A stretch of DNA of 64,000 bases from contig VJWM01000134.1 in the NCBI GenBank assembly GCA_010909165.1, forward strand, positions 1-64,000, given 5' to 3'. A model generated the notes under the pieces. That model was given only the letters and a program-made list of their open reading frames with translations, was not told the DNA's origin and did not search any database. Shown piece by piece: positions 13,101-25,804 of the stretch. Every line of letters begins with the position of its first letter. Positions within the stretch are counted from its first letter, which is position 1. A program made the translations under genes and the position numbers. The DNA is from Anthoceros angustus (Eukaryota > Plantae > Anthocerotophyta).

Positions 13101-13589
13101 TTCAAGAATTGGTAAAGGTGGCTTTACACCTTCTTCCTCGCACGTGTGAGGCCGACCTGCCCATGGCGCTCTGTATCCAACTCCAAACAGCTGCAACAGC
13201 ATTCAGAAACACATCGTGAGGAATTCCCAGCCTGTGAGCCTATTCAGCCTGTACATGCAGAAATTCCTCCTTCAAAATGGCATGCTCTCTCGCAGCCACA
13301 CGTGCCCACTTTCGCCTCTCGTTTCTGGTCCGAATTGGACCCTTATCGGGCTTGACATTCCTGTGTAACTCTGCACCTCCTCTCACAATCTTCCTTTTGC
13401 AGCACTGCTTCCGCTCTGCTCATTCATTTCAAAGTCTGCTCAAGCACATATGTGTGCAAAGATCCCACTCGATTTTGGCTTGAAGCCTCTCACGCCTCCT
13501 CACCGTCAGGTTTTGGAGACTTTTGCTTCAGCTTCCACCTCATGTGGATTTAATACAGCATCATTACCGTCTTCTTCAAGAGCCATGTT

Positions 13590-14674
13590 CACACTTAGCA
13601 CGTTACAGTGCTCACATAACCATTCTCCTTTCCGAACACCATTCAAAGGTCGGTTTGAGACAAAACAGATGGTAACCATGGTCACATCTGTCACATAACA
13701 ACATGAACTCTTCGCTGCCAGTGCCCACACCCTCATGGTGGCAACTGGGTGGGATCCCGAGGTACAGTCGTGTCCAAGTTAAGCAAATGGCATGGAGCCA
13801 AGTGCTTCATGTGCTCCTTGCACCTTCTGCCATCTCTTCCTTCAAGTTCAACCACACCCTGCTCACCAACTTGCACAACTCTCAAGATAAGCCTCCCCTG
13901 TTTGACATCCGAGGCGTGTACGGGGCTGTCTTTGCAAATACACATAATCTCTAGGCGCAAACTTGCGAGCTTTGGGCTTCCACGAGCCCCCCCGCGTGTA
14001 AGCATACTTCAGCTGGTCCCGATGCTGGGCCACAGCCAAATTGTCCATAGCCATAGGAAGAATCCTTTGAAACACCTCTCTGCTGCGGCTTGAACTGTGC
14101 CACACATTTGCATCTTGCTCGGTCAATAGGGATGGAGTAAGTGTCCTTCACCACATTCGGCAACTTTGCTACGTCAAATAACAAGAAATATGGACTGAAA
14201 CTCCCAAGAGGCGCACAGCCCGGCCACAATACCCCAACACGATGTAAGGAGCAATTCATCCCAACACTTGGGCTCACGGTTGATGAAGTATTTCCTTAGT
14301 GCATCCTTGAAGGTGCTAGCCTCTGCCGAGCCATCGCCTGGGTGATCTCGATGTCCTCCTGTGATCGATGAGACTCACCAGCAAGGTGGAATTCACCTCA
14401 AACTCATTACCACGACCGCGGAGCACATCTACGCAGCTCCCCAATCACTAAGCACCGCGGAAAGGCTCGGTACGTAATGCAAAGTTCTTTGTGGCAAGAA
14501 GGCTACCTCAACCCACTTAGAGAAATGCTCAATCATGACCATGCAATGTCGGTTACCTTGCTTCGTGAGAGGAAGCTCTGGCATAAGATCAACCGACCAT
14601 CTGAAAAATAGTCCTCTGATTGGTAGGGAGTGCAACACCACATCTTGGGTGTTAAATCTGGCTTTGACTTCGTC
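13590..14674 (-). pseudogene. pol: Gypsy-1 pol 3' part: integrase core plus C-terminal PHD finger
   Basis: CDEVKARFN..LHSLPIRGLFFRWSVDL..MVMIEHFSKWVE; RDQLKYAYTRGG; then EEFMLLCDRCDHGYHLFCLKP / PLNGVRKGEWLCEHC (13605-13735, one frameshift). Confidence 0.85.
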
Positions 14675-15667
14675 ACATGGGTGTAAGCATGGTTTGGTGC
14701 TCACATTAGTGAGAAACGGACGAAACATTGTTATTTTGTCCTCATGTAACGTTAATAATTTTAACTAATTTATTTCTTCTCTAAACTGATTTTTTACAAG
14801 ATATACAAATATATCACTTCTACATGAGATTAAAATTTAAAATTAAAATACTCATGAAAATATTCAAAATGAAAGTCTAAATTTAGAGACTACTTGGGAT
14901 GGGCATTGTCTCACTCGGTGGCACTTGTCACACTATGTTTACAGTGGGCCGAACAGGCGAGCGGGCACTCGGCCCTTACCTAAATCATTTTGTAGCATAT
15001 TTACGAGATGAGCAAGCGGATCGCCGTGTAAAACAAATTTTGAGTTGCCGCGCGCACGCCACTTGATTTAGGGTTCTTTGCAGAAGAGGTCACCGCCACA
15101 CCACCCAGCTGCGAGGCGGATCTCGGCACAGGCGAGTAGGCTTATCTTGAGGTCTGGGGACAGGACTATGTAGCATGAGCTGGAACGATATGTGGAGCGC
15201 GTTACGCCTAGATCTGCGGCATGTTTGATAAACGTTTTCTTGATGAGAGCTTTGGACTTAGCTCACTGGTGGGTATATGTGGCGGGGGGAGTGGTGGGTT
15301 GAGGCGGGGACTGTTGGGTACGGTGGCAAGGGTTGGCAAGGGAGTGGTGGATTGAGGTGGGGAAGTGGTAGGCGGAGGTGGCGGTATGCATTGGGTTTAG
15401 GTAGTCCTTGGTTCATTGTATTTCTAAGCTGGTTCTTGATGGGCTTTCATGGAACTGTGAGGAAGCTGGATGTGCAGTGGTGGGCGATGTCGGTATCACC
15501 TTGTAGGATCACACGATCGCTGCAGATCTACACCTAGCCGGATCCGTGGAGGCGCGAGCTTGCGAGGTGATCGGCTTTTAGGGTTGTGCGCTTGTTCTTG
15601 GCACTGCGGTACAAAGTTGGAGTCTAATGCTAGCGTGCTTTTGTTTAGGGTTGTGCGTGTAGCAGGC

Positions 15668-18636
15668 ATGGCTCGGTCACCATCAAGCGCCAGGATGGGG
15701 CGATGGCGTCGACATGAGCGCCGAGGCCCAGGCCCAGTGGCCTGGTGAAGCATCTTCTAGTGAAATGGTGTTCAAGAGTTGCCGGAGGAGAATAACAAGG
15801 AATCTTGGTATTCCTCAGTGCAGGTCAAACGAGGGGACCCATGCGGCAAGAGAGGAAGGTGGAGCAGAAGAGGATGCAACGCTACTGGGCAAGAAACTCG
15901 TGGTGCCCAAACTCTGTCAGGTATAGTTTAGAGAGCGGCTATGGCCATTATTTACGGTGTTAAGGAATGCTCGATGTCATAAGCGGGATGTGGCTCGCAA
16001 ATTAGGTCATCGGTTTCTAGAGCTTACAAGTGGATACACGGCGAATGTCAAGACATTCGGAAGTTTAGTAACCTACCATTCTGAAGATGTTTCGACCAAG
16101 AGCTCGACAGATGCCAAAGACACCAATTGGGAGCATTGTTGTTGAAGAATGTGCGTGAGGCTTGCACAAGTTTAAAGGATGTTCAAGTTGGTGACAAATT
16201 GCGGGCAAGGAACACCTTGTTCAACATTATCTTATCGGAGGATATCCAAGGAAAGTGCAGTTTCGAGCCTTTCTCGGCACATAGGAGTGAGCGAGGCGGA
16301 TCCATCAAGCTTTGAGCACCAGCGGGGAGGATATGTTTGGGCGAGAACATGGTGTGGGGGCTGGAAGGAAAGCAAGGTCGACATCCTTCGGCCTATGTGA
16401 AAGCAAGCATCCGCTTTTGGGAATACCTTGGCCCGTCAAACACAAAGATACCAAGCGGTCGGACAGCTAAAACCTTCATCACCCACATCACGCACTTTCT
16501 TGACATGTCGCAAATGCGTTTGGGTCATGGTCTTGTGCCTTTGTGTGATGCACAAATCCATGTTATTCTGGTTGCCTTTTACATCTTTGTTTGGGCATCT
16601 CCTTGTCGAGTGTGTGTGAATGCCTAGTGTACATGTTGATTGTAACCTTAGTTGGCCATCCGCTTGGGGACATGAGAAAAATTTGGTCTTTGCGGTCAGG
16701 TTCATTTGAGGTGTAGCATTGCATGTACCAAGTCTATATGAGGCTCGTGGCTGCAAAGTGGGTTTGTAAGCTTTCGACTCATTTCACGTGTAATGCTTAG
16801 TGTAGATGTTGCTCCGAACTTCAATTAGGCATCTGCTTGGGGCCTTGTGGGCAAATTGTGGCACCGGTGTTCAAGTTCATCGAGGTGTGGCGGATCGCAT
16901 GTGGGCTGTCGTGAATTCTACTTGCGCTTTTGTGAGGAACACCCGGACATTCAAGTAGGGCGGAGCTTTGAGAAGTTGAAGCCATTTTTGTGAAGAGCTG
17001 CGGAGCGTAATCTTTGTTGCGGTATCATGTGGAGATGGCCTTTTGAAGGATGCGTTGAATGGCCTCTGGGACTCTCTCTCGTGTCCATCCCGTGGTCTTT
17101 GCCATTGTTCTTGTGAGGTGCTTTGCCGGGTACATCTCCCATTGTTTGTAATGCTCCCTCCACATGTGTGGCGTCGGTGAGGCCTTTGTCAAAGTGCTCT
17201 TTGTGCGGCGGTGCATTAGCATGCTCGCATGTGCAAGGCACTTGTGTCCTATGTGGGGTGAATAAGCTTAAGTTCGTCCTGGAGACTTATAAATGTTCAA
17301 ATGCTCTTCTAAAATGGAGATGCTTCCAATACCAAGTTGTGGGCAAGGATGTGGATGGGCGGGGATAAGAAAGCGGATCAAACTTGTCTTCATGGAGACA
17401 CATCCCAGAATTTGTTGAGTTCTTCAAGGGCAAGTTGAAGGATTTCATTCTCCATGACTTTGTTCGTGATGGCGGGGTTGGAGTTAAGCATTGCCTAGAG
17501 TGGTTTCCATCCGATGTGGTTGTCTCGGTTATGGATTTTTCTCGATTACGCATTTGGAGTCCAAGATGAAATCCGGTCCATGCATTGGCGAGAATGACCG
17601 AGTTTCCATCCTCGTTACGGTTTTCTAGCGCAATGGCCCCTAGATCGACAACCTGCGCAAACATTGAAATACTACCACTTCTACATCGGTGTGACCTTGT
17701 GCATGACACGCTCTTCGTTCAACCTTTGTTTTGATGAAAGCTGGTGGATGTTGGATTCGGGTTCCCAAGACCTCGGGAGCATTGGTCTTTGGTCGGATGG
17801 AGCAGCAAGTCAATTCAAGGCATGTCGACCTTCATACTTCATCTCCGGTACCCTAAGCGGTGGGCGCAACATCTTGTGGTCATACTTTGGGAGTGGCCAT
17901 GGCAAGGAGAGCATGATGGTGCGGTGCTATTTTGAAGAGAGCCCTTAGAGCGAGTCCTCTCCCACGGGGAGGTTGCAAAATGGTGATGTTGTCCAAGATG
18001 CAAGAACACATTTCTGCTGCGGCAAGCTCTTATGCATCCGGGCAGCATGGAGTGCATAGAAGTTTCGGCTTATTGGCAAGGATGAGGTGAATCGGAGGGT
18101 GAAATATGCTTGTGACCCCATACCGGGTCCAAGAAGATGCATAGCCTGGGGCTAGTGTGGCGGATCCGTGCAACGAAAATGCAGCCTGTCTTGTTTTTGT
18201 GCGAGTGTATGGAAAGCAACCATGATGCTTGAGAGAGTTCCTCACGCTTTTGGAATTTAGTTAAGATTAGACCACATCGATGGTCCGCTCCTCGGATTAC
18301 CCGTGACCACAGCAATTCCTTTACTTGGACGCTCTCCTTGCACGCTCCCGATGATGAAGTGTGGATCTCTCTCGGTTGGCGGACCTCTTGGAAGTCGGTG
18401 ACAACTTCATGGTTTTTGCCAATAAAGAAGATGAGGGCCAAGAATTCTACCTTGCGGTAATCGAGGTGAAGCACACGCTTAGCACAAGCCGACACGCCCG
18501 AGCCAGTCACATCAAGGTGAAGCTGTGGTGGTTGGTCGATTACATGTTGCGTAAGAATATTCACAGGTCTCTATACCTTGCCTCTAGAGAACGCGATGTG
18601 TTCAACCACCGAGTTAGTCAAACTATGCAAGTTTGA
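15668..18636 (+). pseudogene. Sola-type (Sola2-like) DDD/E transposase, frameshifted, with a probable intron at ~16513-16957
   Basis: Motifs across frames: KLKDFILHDFV; FPSDVVVSVMDF..YAF..QDEIRSMHW (~17510-17590); WSDGAASQFK (~17790); WSYFGSGHGK(G)EHDGA (~17877-17925); C-terminal LEVGDNFMV..EFYL. The subfamily assignment rests on recalled motifs. Confidence 0.75.
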
Positions 18637-19259
18637 CATGGTCCACCATGAAAACAGGATGGTGACGAGTTGTTATCGTCCTATCATCGGATGCTCGCAA
18701 GTAGTGGACTCCCTTGTGGAGGAGAGTAATCGTGATGATCTTGTTAGGGATCCTTAGGTTGTTTTGATGTGGAGTGGTAAGTAAAAGTTGTTTTGGTGTG
18801 GAGTGTAATCTTCGTTGAATGACGGGGAGATTGTTGGCATGTCATTCCCTTATCGTTGTTTCCTTGATCCATGAAGATAGCTTGTTTGTATCCAATGATG
18901 ATCCAATAATGCATGGTGCGATGTACAAATTGGAATGCCGTTGATGTGGGCACGGTCATTTTCCAATCGAGCGAGATATTGACAGCTTTATAGAGCGGTA
19001 CGTAAGTTGTGTCCTTGAACCATGTAGATAATTTCCAACAATGAAATGCATCTGGCAGTATGTGCCTGGTTTTTGCCTGGCTCTTCCTGTAGGTGCCTGC
19101 CATTTGGCACACAGGGAGTCACAGTGAATTCATCTTGAATTCAACTTCCTTGACCATACACGTGTGGTGGGGATGGAGGCATGTCAGGCTGCAAGGGTTG
19201 AACAAGAAGCAGTCTGCAGACAAGTATGGACGTGGCTTTATATAGTGCTGGTATGTTCC

Positions 19260-19540
19260 CTTCAAGTTGGTTACATGTGCACTTGTACAGTTGTTCACTT
19301 TTCTTGCCATGTGATCCTCGCATGTTCCCGTGGTTACATGGGCACTTGTGCATGGCTCACTCTTCTTGCCTTGTGGTCCTGGCATGTTCCCGCGGTTACA
19401 TGGGCACTTGTGCATGGCTCACTCTTCTTGCCTTGTGGTCCCGGCATGTTCCCATGGTTACATGGGCACTTGTGTGGCTCACTCTTGTTTCCTTGTGGTC
19501 CGGCATGTTCCCATGGTTACATGGGCACTTGTCTGATGGT
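19260..19540. repeat. 62-bp tandem repeat, about 4 units, with degenerate extensions
   Basis: Unit CATGTTCCCGTGGTTACATGGGCACTTGTGCATGGCTCACTCTTCTTGCCTTGTGGTCCTGG starts at 19321 and 19383 and recurs near 19445 and 19504. Confidence 0.9.
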
Positions 19541-20888
19541 TCACTCACATGTGGTCGTGATATGCTCCCTGGCTATACTGGCACTGCTCTGATGGTGTGG
19601 CATGGTGTACTTCTCTTGCTATGTGGTACGTGGCATGGTGTACTTGTCTTGCCATGTGGTTACGGTCCCGTGGTTACATGGGCACTTATTTGTATGTACT
19701 TGTCTTGCCGTACATGGCTTGCCATGTGTATTGGTTACATGGCTACTTCAACACTTGTTCATCATGTGTTTTGTGCGGTTGGGCACTTCACCCTGCAGTG
19801 TGTGGTAGCTTTCGTGTTTAGGGCTTTGCTTAAAGTCCATGCTTTGGCGTCCGGTGACTATACCTTTTGTTTTTGTAGGGGCGGTCACGCGGTACATGAC
19901 AGGCGGCTCATCCCGGTCACGGCGGAGCTCATCCCGTCACGGCCCGGCAGGCGGCTTAGAAGCCACATTGGGCGCCTCCACATTCGACGCGGCTCTGTTC
20001 GGCTCGGAACCCATCCTCTCTGGGCGGTCCTGGTTCTTCGTGGTTTGGGAGTGCTTCACCTCCGTTAACTCTGAGACCACTTCTCACACAATCCCTTCAT
20101 CGTCAAGGGATTGAGGACATGATGCTTTCCGCTTTTCACTATCTTTGTTTGAATTGGAAGGGATATGGTGGGGATCATCGAGGTTTCAACAGATGTAGGT
20201 GTGGTGATTCCACTCCCTGTTGGGATGTCTCGAGTATATCCTTTGGACTGACACACCCCGTCCATATTGGGAGTTGGGCTTTCTTGTTGATCGGGTAATG
20301 AAGAAGCGTTATCCTTTCTTGAGGCGGTGGCGGTTATGCAGGATCCGGTTGGAAGGATGCGGTGGAAGTGGGTGCCTCAGTCACCGCTCCATCGCAATGA
20401 GGAAATTTCAGTTCGAGCACGAGATCCAATGCATCGAGGTCGGACGAGTTCAAGGGACAAGGAGTTTGAGGCAAGAATTCGCCATTGGTGCGGCTTTTGC
20501 ATTTACCGAGCATCGACATTGTTGTCGATGACCCGGAGGCACAGGTGACATGGTCCGAGTCCCTCACGAGTAAGAGATTGGTTGTCCACATGCTAAGGGC
20601 ATTGTGGGTATGACTAATCGGTTTGAGAAATTGAAGCAGAGGCCCAGTGGTGGCAAAGTTTACCACAAGATGTGGTTCCAGTGCAAGTGATTTCGTTGAA
20701 GACAACTTTTCTTTGGCTGGGAAGTTGGATTGAGAGGTGGCCAGTAGGCTTAATGTCTAGATGTGAGCATCGTGCACCACGCCTGATGGTTGGCATGTGA
20801 AGCAATTCTAGGTAGGGGGCTAGAATGCCGTTTCTAGGCTTCCGACATTTTCGTATAACGTCTTGTGTACGGTTTCGTCTGACAACAA

Positions 20889-20958
20889 GGTTGTAGGTTG
20901 AAGGTTGTAGGTTGTAGGTTGTAGGTTGTAGGTTGTAGGTTGTAGGTTGTAGGTTGAA
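20889..20958. repeat. (GGTTGTA)10 heptamer repeat
   Basis: Ten 7-bp units, two of them GGTTGAA. Confidence 0.95.
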
Positions 20959-21381
20959 GTCTGAAAAAACTTTCAGGCTTCCAAACAGCAGGAGCTTGTT
21001 TACTTCTGTTGAAAGCTCCATACGCTGAAGTCTGTTTCTAGGTTTTGCATATGTGAATGTGCTCAGAGGTGAAGGCATGTGTGTGAAAGCTTCCCAGAGT
21101 AGTGGATGTGAAGCCGCTTGAGGGTTCGCTGGTTCTAGCCTCACAGACAAACCAGACTTCGGGCATCACAGACACATCAGACACACAGACAAAGCAGACT
21201 TCGAGCATCACAATCAAAGCAGACTTCGGGCAATAGAAATCTTATTAGATACATGTCCAGAGTTTTTCTCACCTTTCTGACATCATGCCCATTCAGAGGC
21301 AAACTTTACAATGCCCAAGGCCTCACTCACAAATTCAAAATCCATCCCAGATTGGCCATCTAGGCTTGCTTCCTCACGAGC

Positions 21382-21888
21382 ATGCATGATTCAATGAGAA
21401 GTAATCATCTCACCCCTTTCAATGGTGGCCTTATGCTGCATGTACGCCCGGGCAACTTAAAGCCCGCGGTCTACCCCGGTTCCACTTTCGAGCACGAGCA
21501 CCCTCACTCTGAGGTCCCGCCTTTGCACTCAATGGAAGCTATGGCGCCCTTGACAGGAATGGATGATATTGTTGTGATGGAGGGGACGTGGAATCTCCAA
21601 GCCGGAGCACGGAAACTGGCCAAGGGCGCCCTCTTTGCGCCGGAGGTGAGTATCAGCCATCTAGCTATGACAGATTCATAGCTTTTCAACTTGGCTGCGC
21701 AGTACTTGCATCGAATGGAACGGGCCAAGGCACGGCAGCCCTACCGGAAGAAGGTGCGAGCTCAGTGGTTGGCCCCCTATGCCAGGCCTTCCGCTGCCGC
21801 AGACTGTGGTGCTGATGGACCTGGAGGACAAGGTGCTCTCCCTGTGGATGACTCAAGCGAGCACGACACCGGCGTTGTGGTAGACTGA
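21382..21888 (+). pseudogene. Accessory ORF3 of element A (unknown function, one in-frame stop)
   Basis: ORFs 21382-21681 and 21691-21888 are in the same frame. They are homologous at protein level to 4700-5149. Confidence 0.6.
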
Positions 21889-22110
21889 GGGCGCCTCGAG
21901 CGGAGCAACGGTTTCCTTGTCATCGTGCTTGCATATAGCATGTATGGCTGGAGGCATGTCTGGCAAGAGGGATGTGTGGCACACCTGCTCTGCTCATGGG
22001 TGTGCTATGCTTGGCGAGGCGATGTATTCGTGTGGTCAAGGCTGCCTGTGAATCTTTGCTTGTTGCTTCCTGCTCAATTGTGGAATGATTTGTACATTAT
22101 ACTTTCTAGC

Positions 22111-23040
22111 AGAGGCATGAGTGTCGCATTGTGAAATCGATGCTATGGCACTATACCACAATTCAATAAAATGATGTCTTGTTCTCTCGGCTAAAACGAG
22201 GCTTGCCATTTCCAAAACTCTTCACAAATGGCCTTGGTATGCTTTTCATGCCAGACGCTTAGAGACAGTGCTGCTTTTAGGCTGCGTGGCCTTGTAGCTA
22301 GCCATTCTTTTGAGGCAATGTAGCTCGTGTAGCTATGCGAGTGCATCGATTAACACCCGTGTAGGGTGTTAATCGACAAATCAAATGCACATCTAGACAA
22401 GCAAGGCAAGTGTGAAGGGTCACAACGCACAACATTCCAATTGCCAATCGAACTCGAACTCACACACACAACATAGTTTGAATCCATGTCACAACATCCG
22501 AGCCGAGCTGGCATGTTTAACATGGTTCACCACCAAACTAAAACCATATCTCGCAGAGAGGCATGAGTGTCAGGCATTGTGGAATCGATGCTATGGCACT
22601 ATACCACAATTCCGTCAATAAAATGATGTCTTCTGTTCTCTCGGCTAAAACGAGGCTTGCCATTTCCAAAACTCTTCACAAATGGCCTTAACTGTTGTGC
22701 TTTTCATGCTTCGGACAGCACCGTCTTAGGAGACAGGTGCAGCCTGTTTTTTTAGGCTGCGTGGCCTTGTGTAGCTAGCCATTCTTTTGAGGCAATGTAG
22801 CTCGTGTAGCTATGCGAAGTGCACACTGATTAACACCCGTGTAGGGTGTTAATCAGACAAATCCAAATGCACATCTAGACAAGCAAGGCAAGTGTGAAGG
22901 GTCACAACTGCACAACATTCCAATTGCCAACACACCGAACTCACACACACAACATAGTTTGAATCCATGTCACAACATCCGTGAGCTCGGCATGTTTAAC
23001 ATGGTTCACCACCAAACTAAAACCATATCTCGCAGAGGCA
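22111..23040. repeat. Tandem duplication of about 450-480 bp
   Basis: AGAGGCATGAGTGTC..GCTATGGCACTATACC starts at 22111 and 22557. The copies differ mainly by small indels. Confidence 0.9.
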
Positions 23041-23318
23041 TCCACAGCTAAATTGCCCAGACACTTCCACACCAGTTGGGACTCCACACTCTCGACAAGT
23101 CGTGGATAGCTGCTGTCCCTCTCCTAGTTCGCCATGCCTTGATCCAACCATGCTCTATATCCAGTGACCGACAATTGTGGAGTCTTCTTGTTCTTCTCGT
23201 TGGCCTTGAATAGCTACCATTGGAAACTTTGTGGTCGACACGATTATCCTTCAAGCATTATTGGGTCACCACGTGGCCTCAATCTAGCAGCTCAAAGGCA
23301 CTTTTGTCGGGCACTTGC

Positions 23319-24011
23319 TCATAGTAATAACCTTTCACCACTTTTCACCCGTAAAATCTCACCACCCCAAGCGGGGTCTTCCGTCTGCTCAGCTAATGTC
23401 GTGAGTGCCTCTGTGCATTTCAGTGCATACCACTTGACCTTCTCCTTATTATCCTTCATTGCACGCACCATGAAATTGTCTCCTGGATGCAGTGACGCTG
23501 CACCAAATTCCAGACCTGGTGGTGCTTCCACCAAGGCACCTTGTGCTGCTTTCTTGGGACGCCCTGGTCTCCCGGTCTTGGAGGCACTCTTTCGTTTCAA
23601 TGTGCCTGGAGTCTGATCCGGCTTGCCTCTTGGTTTGCGCAGAGACTGACGTCGTCCACCAGAAGCTTCGACCACATCAGGAGCAGATGTTTCAAGTTGT
23701 GGTGCTTTCCGTCTACCAGTAATAGCTTTCGGCGAATTCAATTCCTTAACCTGCTCTGTGGGCACTTCCTTACCCAGTGCAGTAGCCATTTCGTCGGTGG
23801 CCTCGCTCATAGTGGTCAGTGCAAAAGTGGGCACTGCGTCACCAACACAAGTTGCCACGTCAACGGTGGCCTGACCCATAGTGGCCACTACACCACCACT
23901 GCAAGTGGCCACTACATCACCAACACAAGTGGCCACTGCATCACTTGCACAAGTGGTCACTTCCTTACCACTCGGTGGGGCCACTTCCTCATCGTCCTTG
24001 GTGGTGGCCAC
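23319..24011 (-). CDS. ORF2 C-terminal part of element A: VAT-rich repeats, basic AT-hook-like GRPGRPKK, GDNF-motif domain
   Basis: 230-aa ORF containing LKRKSASKTGRPGRPKK and PGDNFMVRAMKDNKEKVKWYALKC..DPAWGGEIL. Homologous remnant in B at ~6090-6330. Confidence 0.55.
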   Translation of the reverse strand: MATTKDDEEVAPPSGKEVTTCASDAVATCVGDVVATCSGGVVATMGQATVDVATCVGDAVPTFALTTMSEATDEMATALGKEVPTEQVKELNSPKAITGRRKAPQLETSAPDVVEASGGRRQSLRKPRGKPDQTPGTLKRKSASKTGRPGRPKKAAQGALVEAPPGLEFGAASLHPGDNFMVRAMKDNKEKVKWYALKCTEALTTLAEQTEDPAWGGEILRVKSGERLLL

Positions 24012-24699
24012 CTCCTTCTGCTACCGATCCCTCTCTAAGAGCATTTCCACATCTTTGGGCAATTCATCCTCTGGCACTTGACTTCATCTTTGGGCACTTC
24101 ATCCTCGGTTCATCTTCATCCATCACAGCCTTCCACATTCTTCCCTTCTGTCTCCATTGAGGTGGACAAAGACGGCAAAAAATCTGGCGAGTATCACACT
24201 GTCTGGGTTTCGATCGACAACCAAAGTTTCATCCTCTTGCACAACCCGAGTCTCCGTAAAAGAATTTGGGTATCCTCCTCCGCCTGATTGTCCACTCCAC
24301 GAGATGCATCTTTGCCAGTGGACATCAGACCACACATGTGTGCCCACCATGTCTTGCCTGGTGAGGCATTATTGGCACACAAGCAGACTGACCCGTCTCA
24401 CTCACTGGAACTTGAACATTGGGGCCAACAAACAAAGAGGTTGCCACGTTCGAGGCACCCCCATTCATCGAAGGGGCCAACCCCAAACATGACACTGCTG
24501 GGCTGCCCGGAGAGTGGGAAAAATATCGCATCACACTACACCCTGTGGTGCGTGCCTCACTCGGACTCAAACCCTAGGTTTGAGTCCGAGGCACCACCAC
24601 CTCCGGCGTATCCTGGACATAGTTGTGCATCGCCAACAAGGACGTCTTGGATTAGCACCGTATGGGTGGCTGCTGCCCACGAGGTGGTGTGATGAACGC

Positions 24700-25800
24700 C
24701 TGAGCACCTCCAAGCGGGGGCAGTGATTTCTATGTGCCTATGACCAAACAAAATCCAAGTTAGCACAAATGTCTTGTGAAAGTTGTCCCAAATCATGAAG
24801 CCAACTTACACAATTACTAACCAGAGACTCCCAAAACTTCCGAGGCAACAGGGCACTATCTTGTGCACACTCAGCAATTCTTCCAAGCGGTGCTCCATAA
24901 TGTGGAAGTCTCGCAGCAACCATGGTAATGCTCGTCCACTCTCTCTCCGATCACGTTCCCATGCGTGCGGGGCGGTACTTGTGAATGGCCAACCCTTAGC
25001 CTTGAGCCACTTTGCGGGGGCGAAGACAACAAGGTGATTGGGGCAAGTCACCGTGACCAACATGTGTTGGTAGAGGCATGCATCATGAAACAAGTGCCTG
25101 TGGGAGGAAAACGAACTCATAGCATCCGAACCCCAAATCACCATGGAACCAATAGTCGTTAGAGGCATGGACAGCAAATTGAAACAAGAGCCAAGGGATG
25201 CAAACAGGAGGACAACTGGTGCACACGCAGACTTTGTGATATGAAGGGCACATTTTGGCTGGTGTAACAAGGAGCTGGAATCCACTGAGGAGTCCTTTTT
25301 CCCTTCAGCGTCAAACTATGTATGCGGCCGAAGGCATCATGTAAGTCCTCCGCCAAATTAACCGTTCGTTGAAGGGTGTCACGCTCCTTGTTGTTCGCTG
25401 TGAGATTGTCCGCTGCCTCCTGTACAGCACGATGTTGCCTCTGAGCACGGGCAACATGTGCATCCTCTTCTTGCAGAGAATACTCCAGCATTTGTTCAGT
25501 TTGAAAAGAATATAAAGTTGAAGTCTGCTGGAAAGATCCATACCTTCTTGTCATAGATTATTGCGCCAAGAGCGCGTGCCGTGGTGAGCTCACCAAGAGC
25601 AATTTTTGCTGCCACTAGATTGCTTGTCTCCTCGCTTGCAATCTGTGACAAGCGGTTCTCTTCCTTCGACAAGGAGATAAGCTCCTCAACCAGCTGAGTC
25701 TTTATGTGCTTGTGCAGCTCGAGAGTATCCCAGCCTGTGCACAAGAGGGTGGGATGCACATTGTAAAACAAGAGAGATGAACTTCCAAAATGGTGCCACC
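24700..25800 (-). pseudogene. ORF2 middle part of element A: predicted coiled coil plus Cys/His-rich segment
   Basis: WDTLELHKHIKTQLVEELISLSKEENRL; HVARAQRQHRAVQEAADNL; HRHLFHDACLYQHMLVTVTCP. Partly conserved in B (7600-8500). Confidence 0.45.
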
Positions 25801-25804
25801 GTGA

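Noticed and set aside
14682-14699. TGTAAGCATGG as the start of an LTR
   Set aside because: The motif occurs as an inverted pair extended by GGG/CCC with a 4-bp TSD, so it is a TIR.
19226-20068. 280-aa ORF and companions
   Set aside because: They are mostly translations of the 62-bp tandem array. Only the part from ~19896 (MTGGSSRSRR.., a different frame) might be a real ORF3 start, and I could not support it.
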